Part shown: positions 9,162 to 19,398 of the stretch, piece after piece
How positions within the stretch are numbered: the stretch's first letter is position 1
Layout of the letters: each line of letters starts with the position of its first letter
NCBI GenBank assembly: GCA_009838515.1
Contig: VXRL01000040.1
Location: forward strand, 117,749 to 181,748
Length of the DNA: 64,000 bases
Reading direction: 5' to 3'
Source: Terriglobia bacterium
Lineage (GTDB): Bacteria; Acidobacteriota; Terriglobia; Bryobacterales; UBA6623
Program-made: the position numbers and the translations under genes
Notes under the pieces: generated by a model
Databases searched by the model: none
What the model saw: the letters and a program-made list of their open reading frames with translations, nothing else
Told to the model about the DNA's origin: nothing

Positions 9162-9587
9162 TTAACGGGTGGAGACGCCGACTACCTCGAAACCGAGGGC
9201 ACGGGCAGCTAAAGCCTGGCTCCGATCGTCCGTGCCGAACAAGACATCGGTATTGGTGCGCTCCGCGAAAAGCAGAGCACTACCCAGATGGATCGCGTCG
9301 AGCGTGTTGACGACGGTCGGCATCGGCTGGCTTGCTCTCCGCAGAACTTGAGGGGTGATCTCAATTAGGCTGACCATGCGCACCGCCGTCGAGAGCTCGT
9401 GGTGTGCATCTGCCACTTCCTCGTCATCAAGTGCGCGCTCAAGACGCAAGCGGTCGGTCGTGCCCCGTACCTCGACGGCCATCAGTTCGCTCGAATACGC
9501 CCGATCCCACCTGCCCCATTCCTGCAATGGATCACCATCACCCACCAGAGCGAGAATGACGGCGCTAGAGTCAAGATAGATCGTCAC
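9162..9587 (-). CDS. vapC: PIN-domain toxin (VapC family)
   Basis: 141 aa. MTIYLDSSAVI is the N-terminal acidic motif, followed by SELMAVEV and TLDAIHLGSALLF. It overlaps the upstream antitoxin by 4 nt. Confidence 0.85.
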   Translation of the reverse strand: MTIYLDSSAVILALVGDGDPLQEWGRWDRAYSSELMAVEVRGTTDRLRLERALDDEEVADAHHELSTAVRMVSLIEITPQVLRRASQPMPTVVNTLDAIHLGSALLFAERTNTDVLFGTDDRSQALAARALGFEVVGVSTR

Positions 9588-9841
9588 CGATCAGCCCGAT
9601 CAGCGCCCAACAGCTCAACCACGTCGACCTGTTTCTTGAGCTTTATGCGCCTCCGCGGCCAAGGGGCTCTAGGATCGATTGCCTCCCGCACCTTAAGTCC
9701 TCCGGCCTGGTCACCGATCGGAACAAGACGAGCGATGGGTGTCTTGCGGTCACAGACCGTTACAGTACCTCCACCGCGCACATGTGCAAAGTACCCGCTC
9801 AACTTCGCCTTGAGTTCCGACACTTTCACCATATGGGACAT
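9584..9841 (-). CDS. Phd/YefM-family antitoxin
   Basis: 85 aa. MVKVSELKAKLSGYFAHVRGGGTVTVCDRKTPIARLVP matches the Phd/YefM N-terminal fold signature. It sits immediately upstream of the PIN toxin. Confidence 0.8.
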   Translation of the reverse strand: MSHMVKVSELKAKLSGYFAHVRGGGTVTVCDRKTPIARLVPIGDQAGGLKVREAIDPRAPWPRRRIKLKKQVDVVELLGADRADR

Positions 9842-9865
9842 AACCTACTTAGACCATATATGGTC
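9829..9865. promoter_or_regulatory. Two related palindromes (CCATATGG and GACCATATATGGTC) at the antitoxin start; candidate TA operator
   Basis: Perfect 14-bp palindrome at 9852..9865, 11 nt upstream of the ATG at 9841. A related 8-bp palindrome at 9829..9836 lies just inside the coding start. Confidence 0.4.
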
Positions 9866-10473
9866 TTGCATTTGTAAGGCGATGATCGAGAGCGGTCATG
9901 GACCGCCGCTACCTCCGAGGCAGTCGTTACCCTCGACAAGACCGCGTCGCGGCAAGGCACCGAGAATGATCGGCGAATCCAGGCCAACGGCATCGTCCGC
10001 CCGGATGATGCTGGCACCGCGTACGGCCTAGGCGCCCAGGTTGATGGCGCGGCAAGGATCGTCCCGCGCTGCGCCCCGGGCATCGGAACGACGAATTCAA
10101 GAATCATGCCTTCGGTCGGGGACATTGGGCGTGTCGAAGTCGATGCCTCGGCCTAAGCGACCGTCGAACCGGGTGTGGCGTTGGAGCACCGCCGTCCTCC
10201 GAAGAATCGGCCCCCTCGCCGCATTCGATCAGACCGAGAGGTCACTTGAAATCGCTGGAGACGGCGATCAGCCGTGCAGTGAGACCGCGCGGCCGACAGT
10301 CGCGCAACGTCTGCGAGACGCTGTTCCGAGCGATCGTCCCAGGGAGTCTTCTCCAGCCGCCATCGGTTCGGCGCAAGCCGGCACGGTCGCGTCACCCACC
10401 AGCAACGTAAAGTCTTGTTCAAATGGATCCCGTAAAGGCCCGGATTCGTTGACACTGTTCGGACCCGACTCCG

Positions 10474-12006
10474 ATGATTGAAGCAATGGCAGCTGGACGA
10501 GGGCAGCTCTCCGGGCAAGCGCAGGCCGACACGTCCCGGCTGCACGCAATCGGCTTCAGCCCCTTTGCTGCGCTCAGCTGCGCACTCGTGCTTGCCGGTG
10601 CGTGTCTACTCGATCTCCCAGCTTCGGCCCAAGTTCCATCGGAGCGCCCGGAGCGCGGCCGCGCAGCGCCGCTAGAAGAGCGCTCCGGCAGGCGCGGGAA
10701 TCGCGGCCCGGTCGAGGAATTCCGAACGCAGGTCCCGAGCAGGCCGTACGACATTGTCCTCGGCAACCCTACCGAGACGTCGGTCACCGCGAGCATCGTG
10801 GCGTACTCGACTCTTGAGGGCTACTTCGAATACGGTACGGACCCCGGTGGGTACGACAAGCGGTCGGAACTTGTTCGTCTCGAGCCGAATGTGGCGGTGG
10901 AGGCGATCCTTGACGGCCTCGTTCCGCACGCGCAGCACTGGTACCGGTGGCGAAGCCGCGCCAGCCCGCGGGACGACTTCGAAGCCTCGGGCGGATTTAC
11001 CTTCCGGAGCGGTAGGGCGCAAGGCGAGACGTTTGTATTTACGGTGCAAGCCGACTCCCACTTGGATGGGAGGACCGATACACGCCTGTACGAAGCCTCC
11101 CTGCGGAACGCCAGGCTTGCCGGTCCGGACTTCCATGTCGATCTAGGCGATACGTTCATGACCGACAAGCGCCGCACGGACTACAGGGACGCCTTGCCCC
11201 AATATCTGGCACAAAGGTACTACTTCGGCTTGATCGGGAGCGTCGCGCCAGTCTTCCTCGTTTCGGGAAACCACGATGGCGAGGGCTTTCGGAAGGGCGC
11301 GATGGGACGGTGGGCCCGCAAGCAGCGCGACGCTTACTTCGCGACGCCCTCAGACGGCGTCTTGGGCCGTGGGAACTACTATTCATGGGAATGGGGCGAC
11401 GCCCTTTTTGTGGCGTTGGACCCATTCTGGGAAACTGACCGTGTACGGCGAGGCGGCGACTTCTGGGCCCGCACGCTCGGCGAGAGTCAGTTCCGCTGGC
11501 TTGCGCAGACCTTGCGATCAAGCCGGGCGAGGTTCAAGTTCGTCTTCGTCCATCATCTCGTGGGCGGCCTCAACCAGGCCGCCCGCGGCGGGGCTGCCGC
11601 TGCGAATCTTTTCGAGTGGGGAGGTCGCTCTCTGCACGGCAAGTACGAATTCGACGAGCGCCGGCCCGGTTGGGAGATGCCGATTCACCAGATGCTCGTC
11701 GAGACCGGCGTTGACATCGTCTTCCACGGGCACGACCACGCGTTCGTGAAGGAAGATCTTGACGGTCTTGTGTACCTGCTCGTTCCACAGCCGGGGCTGG
11801 GTCGGTACGGAGTGCCCCGCGACATCGCCGGCCCCTACGAAAACGGGGACATTGTCGGTGGGCCCGGGCATGTCCGCGTCACGGTGTCGCCGGAAGCGGC
11901 GCTCGTCGAACTCGTCCAGACTCGTCTGCAGGGCGGAGGATCCGGGAAAGGACGCGTCGCCTACTCCTTCCGTGCTCGACTGAAGTGCAGTGGAGAGTGT
12001 CAGTGA
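10474..12006 (+). CDS. Secreted metallophosphoesterase (calcineurin-like, purple-acid-phosphatase-like N-terminal domain)
   Basis: 510 aa. Motifs DLGDTFMTD, SGNHDGE, FVFVHH and VFHGHDH form the metallophosphoesterase signature. It has an N-terminal hydrophobic signal segment. Confidence 0.8.
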   Translation: MIEAMAAGRGQLSGQAQADTSRLHAIGFSPFAALSCALVLAGACLLDLPASAQVPSERPERGRAAPLEERSGRRGNRGPVEEFRTQVPSRPYDIVLGNPTETSVTASIVAYSTLEGYFEYGTDPGGYDKRSELVRLEPNVAVEAILDGLVPHAQHWYRWRSRASPRDDFEASGGFTFRSGRAQGETFVFTVQADSHLDGRTDTRLYEASLRNARLAGPDFHVDLGDTFMTDKRRTDYRDALPQYLAQRYYFGLIGSVAPVFLVSGNHDGEGFRKGAMGRWARKQRDAYFATPSDGVLGRGNYYSWEWGDALFVALDPFWETDRVRRGGDFWARTLGESQFRWLAQTLRSSRARFKFVFVHHLVGGLNQAARGGAAAANLFEWGGRSLHGKYEFDERRPGWEMPIHQMLVETGVDIVFHGHDHAFVKEDLDGLVYLLVPQPGLGRYGVPRDIAGPYENGDIVGGPGHVRVTVSPEAALVELVQTRLQGGGSGKGRVAYSFRARLKCSGECQ

Positions 12007-13382
12007 CGCTACGAATCTGCCTGCTGATGGTTGGAGCCCTGACGGCGGCCGCGGCGCCCAATTTCGTCTTTGTCCTAGCCGACGACCAAGCCTGGAACGG
12101 CCTGTCGAGGCGGATGATCCGGAGTCTGCCCGAATCCGGTAGCGACTATCACCGGACGCCGAACATAGATCGGCTCGCCAGGGAAGGAATGACGTTCTCT
12201 CGAGCGTACGCGGCGGCGCCGAAGTGCGAGCCGTCTCGGTACGCCATCACATTCGGCATGACCACCACAAGCCTGAACGCCCCTGACAAACGGACCGCTC
12301 TACGTCTCCGGGAGGATTCGCGCCATTCGCTGGCCAACGCACTCAAGCAAGCTAACTCTGCCTACAGGACCGCGACGTTCGGGAAGTGGCAGCTCACGAG
12401 GTCGCAAAGGGAGCTGGGATTCGACAGGGACGACGGACGGATCACCCAGAACCACGATGGCGAATCTCCCAACCCCCAAGATCCGAAGCGCATGTTCGAA
12501 CTGACGGAGAAAGGCAACCGCTTCATGCAAGACAGCGTCGAGGACGGCCGCCCTTTCTATTTGCAGCTATGGCACTACGCGGTGCACGGCAGCAACCAAT
12601 CGCTGCCCGAGACCCTTGGGCGGTGGCAAGCACAGCCACCGGGACGGCTCCACCGAGACGCGACTCGCGCCGCCATGGCCGACGACTTCGACCGGGCGGT
12701 GGGCATGACCTTGGCGAAGATCGATGAGCTGGGCATTCGAGACAACACGTACGTGATCTACATGTCGGACAACGGCGGCCAAACACGCTACCTTCGCGGG
12801 GGCAAAACAAACGTCACGGAGGGCGGGCTCCGCGTGCCGCTGCTGGTGCGGGGGCCGGGAATCGAGCGGGGCTCCTACTGCGACGCCCCCGTCGTGGGGT
12901 ACGACTTGCTACCGACTGTGCTCGACCTCGCAAGCCCGGAAGCATCACCTCCCCCCGGAGTCGAGGGCGGAAGCTGGAAGCGGACTCTGTTGAGCGGCTG
13001 CGACTCGGGCATCGACCGTCCCGTTGACCGGATTGTGTTCTTCTTCGGCGAAGCACGGGGCCGCGAGCCCGGCCCGCAGGCCGCGATCCTTCGAGACAAC
13101 CTCAAGCTGCTCTATTTCTGGGTGGAAGGGCGGGCCGCCTTATTTGACGTGGATGCCGATCCCCGGGAGACGCGCGACATCGCAGCCAAACATCAGGGTC
13201 TTGCGGGCCGGCTGCAGCGCGAACTCATGGGCCACCTCCGGGAAGGGCTTGGAGAGGAAACGCTCGCAAGACTCCAGTCTGGGGAATACTCGCTAGGCCC
13301 GGACAGGCGGGACCGTCCCCGGTCCTGCCAAGACCGGCGGCGCGGGCGCGGAGCACGCCAAGGCCGCTTTCAGACCCGATGA
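12003..13382 (+). CDS. Sulfatase (type I, formylglycine-dependent family)
   Basis: ORF 11985..13382. The GTG at 12003 overlaps the upstream stop as GTGA and gives a clean signal peptide VTLRICLLMVGALTAAAA. Motifs are FVFVLADDQ and an FGly-type motif read as KCEPSR (unusual Glu at position 2). Confidence 0.85.
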   Translation: MTLRICLLMVGALTAAAAPNFVFVLADDQAWNGLSRRMIRSLPESGSDYHRTPNIDRLAREGMTFSRAYAAAPKCEPSRYAITFGMTTTSLNAPDKRTALRLREDSRHSLANALKQANSAYRTATFGKWQLTRSQRELGFDRDDGRITQNHDGESPNPQDPKRMFELTEKGNRFMQDSVEDGRPFYLQLWHYAVHGSNQSLPETLGRWQAQPPGRLHRDATRAAMADDFDRAVGMTLAKIDELGIRDNTYVIYMSDNGGQTRYLRGGKTNVTEGGLRVPLLVRGPGIERGSYCDAPVVGYDLLPTVLDLASPEASPPPGVEGGSWKRTLLSGCDSGIDRPVDRIVFFFGEARGREPGPQAAILRDNLKLLYFWVEGRAALFDVDADPRETRDIAAKHQGLAGRLQRELMGHLREGLGEETLARLQSGEYSLGPDRRDRPRSCQDRRRGRGARQGRFQTR

Positions 13383-14374
13383 CGCGATCGAGGATAGCGG
13401 CAGTTCTGCTGGCGCTGCTGACCGTGGCAGCGGCTGAACGATCAGGACCCGAGTTTGCACTCGACCCGGAGTTGGTGGCACGCTCATTCCGGCCGTTCGA
13501 AGACAACGTGAGCGTACGCTGGGACGACGAGCATTTCTACGTGGAGTCCAGCGGCATGCCTCGCCATCCGATGATGGTCGGAATCCGCGCCTGGAACGGG
13601 CAGGTGCCGATACCCCAGCCCTACAAAGGCAACAACGCCTTTCGGTTCACCCTGCGCCCGCGTTTCGCCGCGACGCCCGTTTCGGCGCGAGAAACCCTCT
13701 TCCGCGGCGCGATCGCAATCGCGGCGAACGGAGTGCCGATCTTCAATCCGATCAAGCAGGACGGTCGCACGGACACCTATCTCGCCGGGGAACTGGACGA
13801 TTTCGGGGGTCACGCCGGCAGGGCCGACGACTACCACTATCACACCGCTCCGGTTCATCTTGCCGACCAGATCGGAACGGGGCTGCCACTGGCGTGGGCG
13901 CTGGACGGATTCCCGCTGTTCGGATACATTGAGGCTGACGGATCGGCGGTTCAGGGCTTGGACTGGCTGAACGGGCATTCCGGGCCTGACGGCCTGTACC
14001 ACTACCATGCGAGTCCGGACTATCCAAGAGTGAACGGCGGGTTCCGGGGCCGGATCGAATTGCGGGAAGGCCAAGTTGCTGTGCAGCCACGGACACGGGC
14101 CATTCGGCCCTCCACCCGGCCGATCCGGGGTGCCACGATCACGCATTTCGACAACTCAGGAGAAGGCAGCTACCGATTGGAGCTCGACTTTCGCGGTCAA
14201 CGCCAGTCAGTGAGCTACACGCTGCTACCGGCGGGAGGCGCCGAGTTTCTCTTCACGGATAGCTCCGGGCTAAGCCGATCGGAGACCTACGCCAAGAGGG
14301 TACCGCGCGGCGGCAGACAGGGCCGTGACCGCGGGCCTGGAAATACGCGCCCCCCCCAAAGGCGAGGCCGATAG
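13379..14374 (+). CDS. YHYH-domain protein (uncharacterised family), secreted
   Basis: 331 aa with signal peptide MTRSRIAAVLLALLTVAAA. It has two YHYH motifs (ADDYHYHTAPVHL; DGLYHYHASPDYP). ATGA overlap with the sulfatase stop. Confidence 0.75.
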   Translation: MTRSRIAAVLLALLTVAAAERSGPEFALDPELVARSFRPFEDNVSVRWDDEHFYVESSGMPRHPMMVGIRAWNGQVPIPQPYKGNNAFRFTLRPRFAATPVSARETLFRGAIAIAANGVPIFNPIKQDGRTDTYLAGELDDFGGHAGRADDYHYHTAPVHLADQIGTGLPLAWALDGFPLFGYIEADGSAVQGLDWLNGHSGPDGLYHYHASPDYPRVNGGFRGRIELREGQVAVQPRTRAIRPSTRPIRGATITHFDNSGEGSYRLELDFRGQRQSVSYTLLPAGGAEFLFTDSSGLSRSETYAKRVPRGGRQGRDRGPGNTRPPQRRGR

Positions 14375-14416
14375 CCGGGAAGAACCCGCCTGGAGTCATT
14401 CCGGCCAAGCGTTGCG

Positions 14417-17359
14417 TCAATCCACGTATAGGAACTCATTAGAGCTAATCAACATATGCGCAAGGCTCTCGACAGACTTTGCGAGCGCCTCTTCGGTTGG
14501 TGCGTTTGCGCGCACGTACAGCCTCTGCTGATTCTCGAGATGATCCCGAGCCAGGGCGATCTCTTCACTGCTGGGTTCCCTCGTGAGGATTGAACTGTAG
14601 GCCGCGCGGGCTAGCGTCTCGAGATCAGTCGGGCGTCCGACCTGGAAGTCCAGTACTCTCCGCGCAACCGCCCCAGCGTTTTCCATAACAAAGTTACTGT
14701 TCATCATGGTCAGCGATTGCAGCGGAGTTGCCGATGGCGCGCGACGGGTGCAAGTGGTGTCGATATTCGGGAAGTCAAACGTTCCCATAAACGTCAACGA
14801 CCATGTGCGGCGGGCCGTCAAGTAGACGCTGCGACGGTGCGCGCCTTCCGCGACGGCAACCTGCAAACCGTCAGGCTGGTGGTCCAGTTCGACGGGCGGT
14901 CCTCCCAGAGAGTCGTCAAGGTTGCCGCCTACTGCGAGAATCGAGTCACGCAGCGCCTCGGCTTCCAGCCTTCGCAACGGCATCCTCCAAAGCAACCGAT
15001 TGTCGGGATCTTCGATGGCGGCCCGCTCGCCGGCCGCATTGTCAGCACGACTTGACGACTGGCGGTAGACGGTCGAGAGCATGATCATCTTGTGCAGGCG
15101 CTTGACCCTCCAGCCGTGCTTGACGAAGTCGACCGCCAGCCAGTCAAGCAGTTCTGGATGGGAGGGCGGCGAGCCGTTGGAGCCGAAGTTGTCCGGCGTC
15201 GCGACGATGCCAGTGCCGAAGTGATGCTGCCAGATGCGGTTCACTATGACCCGCGCGGTGAGAGGATGCTTCGGATCGGTCAACCACTCGGCCAGCGCCA
15301 GACGGTACCCGGTCGTCTCCCCTGCCCGACTCGAAGAGGGCGTTGCCAGGCAAGGCTCCTCGGCGCTGCACAAGACCGAGAGAAAGCCCGGCTTGACGGC
15401 CGGCCCGGGAGACTCGACACTGCCGCGCTGGAGAAGCCGGACGGTGGGGAGCGACCCACCGTCCCAGAGAGCTTGCACGCGCTCGAGCGCGGTCCGGTTG
15501 GCCTTCCATTCCGCAATGTCCCGACGAAGCTGTGACAAGCGCTCTTTGTGCCCCGGGGATGCCACACCCGAGATCTCTTCGTCGCTGACCTCAACGATCG
15601 ACCCGAACTTCTTGACAAGCTCCTGCTGGACCACGCTGCGATCCTTCGCGATGGCAGCGAATGCGATTCTCAAGTCCTCGCGATCCGCGCTCGGTACTTC
15701 CTTGAGCTTGGCCTCGAACAGCGCGTCCCGGTACGGTGTGCTGATTTCCTCTACCTCGTCTGTCAGGTTCGCGATATTCGCGTCGACAGCCTCGTTGTGC
15801 GCATCGATCCGTTTCTTCTCCGCCGGTGAAACCGTGTAGAGCAGGCGCTTCTTGGGCTGGATCCAATCCGACGGGTTATAGGCCGCCGAGAACAGGGTCA
15901 AGAAGCGATAGTAGTCGCGCTGGGGGATCGGATCGTATTTGTGGCTATGACAGCGGGCGCACGAGAGCGTCAGTCCGACCGCACTGCGAGACACCTTGTC
16001 GAGGAGTGCGAACAGGGTGTCGTAGCGGTCGGCAGGACGGTCCGAGATGTCCTCGTCGGTCGCGTCTAGAACCGTTCGCAAGTAGCCGGTGGCTACCAGG
16101 GCTTCGAGCATCTCGGGCGAGAATTGCTCGGCGTTGCGCCAATCGTAGAGTTCGTCCCCGGCCAGTTGCTCGGTCAGAAAGCGATTCCAAGGCTTGTCTG
16201 CGTTGAATGAATCGATGACATAGTCCCTGTAGCGCCAAATCCCCGGCGAAAAGCTCACTGTGTCTGCTCGGTAGTCCTTTCCAGTTGTGTCGACGTACCC
16301 GGCTGCGTCAAGCCAGAAACGGCCCCAGCGCTGGCCGTAGCGAGGAGACTCGAGCAAGCGGTCGAGCAGTCTCTCGTACGCATCAGGTCGCTCGTCCGCA
16401 AGGAACTCTGCTGCTTGCTCGGGAGTGGGCGGCAGGCCCCAAAGATCGAAGTACGCTCGTCGCAGCAGGGTTTGTCGCGGTGCTTCCGTGGAGTACGTCA
16501 AGCCCTGCGACTCGAGCGCCGCCAGCAGGAAGGCGTCGATGGACGTCCGGACCGCGCTGGGAGTCTCGACCTTTGGCGGTGCGGATGCGAGCGGTGCTCG
16601 GAACGCCCATCGCTGCCGGTCAGATGCGGTCACGGGAGATGCTTCCGCTTCGGTGAAGGCCCGATCGAGCGGGCTGCCAAGATCTACGAAGTCGGCGAAT
16701 TGACCTTCGTCGATCCACTCCCGGATGAGTTCGACCTCGGCGGCGTTGAGAGGCTCGCTCGCCCCTTCGGGAGGCATCACACCATTCACCAATTGGCGGA
16801 CGAGAATGCTCTTTTCCGAGAAGCCTTCCAGCACAACTGGGCCGTGCTTGCCGCCACGCAGCGTAGAGGCTAGAGTGCGAAGGTCCAGACCGGATTCAGG
16901 GGAGCTTCCGCCATGGCAAGCGACGCAACGCTCGTTCAAAAGCGGTTGGATCTCCCGCTCGAATCGAGCGATCTGGAGTCGGGCCGCTTCGGACAGATCG
17001 TCTCCCTGCTTCGAGTGGGCGCCTGTTTCGATCCAGCGCCGGATCGTCTCGACATCTGCCTCCGGCACCCGGCTCTTGAAGGCCTGCGGAGGCATCTTGC
17101 CTTGCGCGAGCTTCTGGTAGAGCAGGCTTTCGTCGGGAGAGCCTCTCTCGACGACGGGACCGTTGAATCCTCCACGTAACACGGTTCGGGCCGTCCGCAG
17201 ATCGACGCCTTGTTCCGGGGAACTCTTGCCGTGACAGGTCAGGCAATACGCCGAAAGGATTGGCTGGACGTCCTTCTCGAAGATCGGAGCATCCCCTTCC
17301 GCTGGCGCACCGCTCGCAACGACCGCAGCCGATAGGACCACGAGCAGACGGGCGTTCAT
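14417..17359 (-). CDS. PSCyt1 x2 + PSCyt2 (DUF1549) + PSD1 (DUF1553) protein
   Basis: 980 aa. It has two CxxCH motifs (CLTCHG, CVACHG) in Planctomycete-cytochrome-C-like modules. A DUF1549-like segment is seen (IDAFLLAALESQGL...RRAYFDLWGLPPT). The DUF1553 hallmark CARCHSHKYDPI is present. Confidence 0.9.
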   Translation of the reverse strand: MNARLLVVLSAAVVASGAPAEGDAPIFEKDVQPILSAYCLTCHGKSSPEQGVDLRTARTVLRGGFNGPVVERGSPDESLLYQKLAQGKMPPQAFKSRVPEADVETIRRWIETGAHSKQGDDLSEAARLQIARFEREIQPLLNERCVACHGGSSPESGLDLRTLASTLRGGKHGPVVLEGFSEKSILVRQLVNGVMPPEGASEPLNAAEVELIREWIDEGQFADFVDLGSPLDRAFTEAEASPVTASDRQRWAFRAPLASAPPKVETPSAVRTSIDAFLLAALESQGLTYSTEAPRQTLLRRAYFDLWGLPPTPEQAAEFLADERPDAYERLLDRLLESPRYGQRWGRFWLDAAGYVDTTGKDYRADTVSFSPGIWRYRDYVIDSFNADKPWNRFLTEQLAGDELYDWRNAEQFSPEMLEALVATGYLRTVLDATDEDISDRPADRYDTLFALLDKVSRSAVGLTLSCARCHSHKYDPIPQRDYYRFLTLFSAAYNPSDWIQPKKRLLYTVSPAEKKRIDAHNEAVDANIANLTDEVEEISTPYRDALFEAKLKEVPSADREDLRIAFAAIAKDRSVVQQELVKKFGSIVEVSDEEISGVASPGHKERLSQLRRDIAEWKANRTALERVQALWDGGSLPTVRLLQRGSVESPGPAVKPGFLSVLCSAEEPCLATPSSSRAGETTGYRLALAEWLTDPKHPLTARVIVNRIWQHHFGTGIVATPDNFGSNGSPPSHPELLDWLAVDFVKHGWRVKRLHKMIMLSTVYRQSSSRADNAAGERAAIEDPDNRLLWRMPLRRLEAEALRDSILAVGGNLDDSLGGPPVELDHQPDGLQVAVAEGAHRRSVYLTARRTWSLTFMGTFDFPNIDTTCTRRAPSATPLQSLTMMNSNFVMENAGAVARRVLDFQVGRPTDLETLARAAYSSILTREPSSEEIALARDHLENQQRLYVRANAPTEEALAKSVESLAHMLISSNEFLYVD

Positions 17360-18798
17360 GCCGTCTGAACCTCGTTCTCGAGCAAGTCCCCGATGACTCG
17401 GGCTCCAGTTACCGTGACGTCGGCCGGAGTCTCGAGCCGTCCCGCGTGCGGATAGGTCGTCTTGCGGTGGTCGAGACCAAGCTGATGCAGGACCGTCGCA
17501 TGCATATCAGGGACGCTTACGCGATCAACGACCGACTTGTAGCCGAAGTCGTCTGTCTGGCCATGGATCCAGCCAGGCTTGAAACCGCCGCCGGCGAACC
17601 AGATGGTGAATGCGTTTCGGTTGTGGTCCCGTCCGTCGTCGCGCTGTGTCGTCGGCAAGCGGCCGAACTCGCCGGCCCACATCACGATGGTTTCGTCGAG
17701 CAGGCCCCGTTGGTCCAAGTCCTTCACGAGCGCAGCGGCCCCCTGGTCGGTTTCGGTCGTGATTTGCGACATTCTCTCGCTGAGCTTGTCGTGATGATCC
17801 CAGGGCTGGCCGGGACTGGTGGTGACCTGGACGAACCGCACACCGGCCTCGACCAATCTCCTCGCCATCAGGCAGCGCAGCCCGTACGGGCCGCGAAGCT
17901 CATCGTCGACGCCATACAGCTTCTTGGTTGCCGGGGACTCGCTCGCAATGTCGAGGACATCCATTGCCTCGACCTGCATGCGGGCTGCCAGCTCGAAATT
18001 CCTGATGCGAGATTCGAGTTCGGTCTCGCCAGGCCGAGCATCTAGGTGCAGCCGGTTGATCCGGGCCAAGTAGTCCAAGCCCTGTTGCTGCACGCCTGGC
18101 GGCCTCGGCTCGGCTGGCCTGAGGTGGTGAACGGGCGAGCCGTCCATATTGAACTCGGTGCCCTGGTAGAGAGCAGGCAAGAAACCATTGGCCCAGAGCT
18201 GCTTGGCCCCGATCGTGTATCCCTTCGGATCGCGCAGAACGACGTATGCGGGCAGGTTTTGGTTTTCCGTGCCGAGCGCGTAGCTGATCCAAGCGCCCAT
18301 TGCCGGACGACCCGCAAAGATCTTGCAGGTCAGCAGCATGTTCAACCCTTCGGAGTGGTTGTTGTGCTCGGTGTGCATCGAGCGAATAAAGCAGATCTTG
18401 TCAACGATTTCGGCTTGATGCGGCAAGACTTCCGAGACGTCCATCCCGCACTCCCCGTGCTGCCGAAACTCGAAGGGCGACGCCAGCAATGTGTTTGTGT
18501 TTCCGGGCTGGTGGATCTCAACGCCGTCCGGGTGGGGCTGTCCGGCATACTTGGCTAGCAAGGGTTTCGGATCAAACAGATCCATCTGGCTGGGACCGCC
18601 ATTCTGGACCAGTTGGATGACGGATTTCGCGCGGCCGGGAAAGTGGCCCTTGCGGGCGCGCAGGTCGTTGTAGACCGTCACCGGCGCGGCTTCAGAAGCG
18701 CCAGCCAGCAAGTGTGCAAGCGCGATCTGACCGAAGCCCAGCGAACTCACTCCCAAGAGTTCGCGCCGCGTCATTGGTAGACCGGACGCATTGAACAT
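17356..18798 (-). CDS. DUF1501 protein (sulfatase-fold, Tat signal)
   Basis: 480 aa. MTRRELLGVSS is Tat-like, followed by GGPSQMDLFDPKP and GEFGRLP...GRDHN, typical of DUF1501. 4-nt overlap with the downstream DUF1553 gene. Confidence 0.9.
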   Translation of the reverse strand: MFNASGLPMTRRELLGVSSLGFGQIALAHLLAGASEAAPVTVYNDLRARKGHFPGRAKSVIQLVQNGGPSQMDLFDPKPLLAKYAGQPHPDGVEIHQPGNTNTLLASPFEFRQHGECGMDVSEVLPHQAEIVDKICFIRSMHTEHNNHSEGLNMLLTCKIFAGRPAMGAWISYALGTENQNLPAYVVLRDPKGYTIGAKQLWANGFLPALYQGTEFNMDGSPVHHLRPAEPRPPGVQQQGLDYLARINRLHLDARPGETELESRIRNFELAARMQVEAMDVLDIASESPATKKLYGVDDELRGPYGLRCLMARRLVEAGVRFVQVTTSPGQPWDHHDKLSERMSQITTETDQGAAALVKDLDQRGLLDETIVMWAGEFGRLPTTQRDDGRDHNRNAFTIWFAGGGFKPGWIHGQTDDFGYKSVVDRVSVPDMHATVLHQLGLDHRKTTYPHAGRLETPADVTVTGARVIGDLLENEVQTA

Positions 18799-18953
18799 GA
18801 GTCGTCCGTTAGGTTATGCCAATTGAATCCAGTACGCAATTCCCAATATGAGCTATTCGGGCTTCAGCGCTAGTGGACTGGGAAAGGAACGGTCTGCTTC
18901 TGTCGGTCTTTCCTGTGTTGTCAGATTCTGATAACACCTATCCGGGATTGGTG

Positions 18954-19047
<94 letters not shown>

Positions 19048-19398
19048 GCGATTCGCCGTAACGGGCTTATCATAGCAGCCCCCCGAACGAGCGTGGCTCG
19101 GCCCACAAGGCCACTCATGCAGGGGCGCATTCTTGGCCGACTTGAAGCGACCAGGCAAGGGCCCTTCACTGGGGTACCATGGGTTGCGGTCGTTCGGCAC
19201 AGCGGACACTTTCTACGGTGCCATCATCGTGCTGCTGCCAGAAGAAGCCCTGATACGACCACCTGTATTAGCCGCGTGGAGCATTGTGATTCCAGCGAAC
19301 GCACCGAACTCACGGATTTCCGCGCACGGCGCAGCCGGGGTGCGTGGTTCGACCATTGGCGAAGAGCCGAACAGAAAATTGGAGCGGGAGACTCTCAC

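Noticed and set aside
9842-10473. 630-bp gap with ORFs 9826..10125(-) and 10041..10481(+)
   Set aside because: Both translations are low-complexity with no family signature or credible ribosome-binding site. I treat the region as non-coding or decayed sequence.
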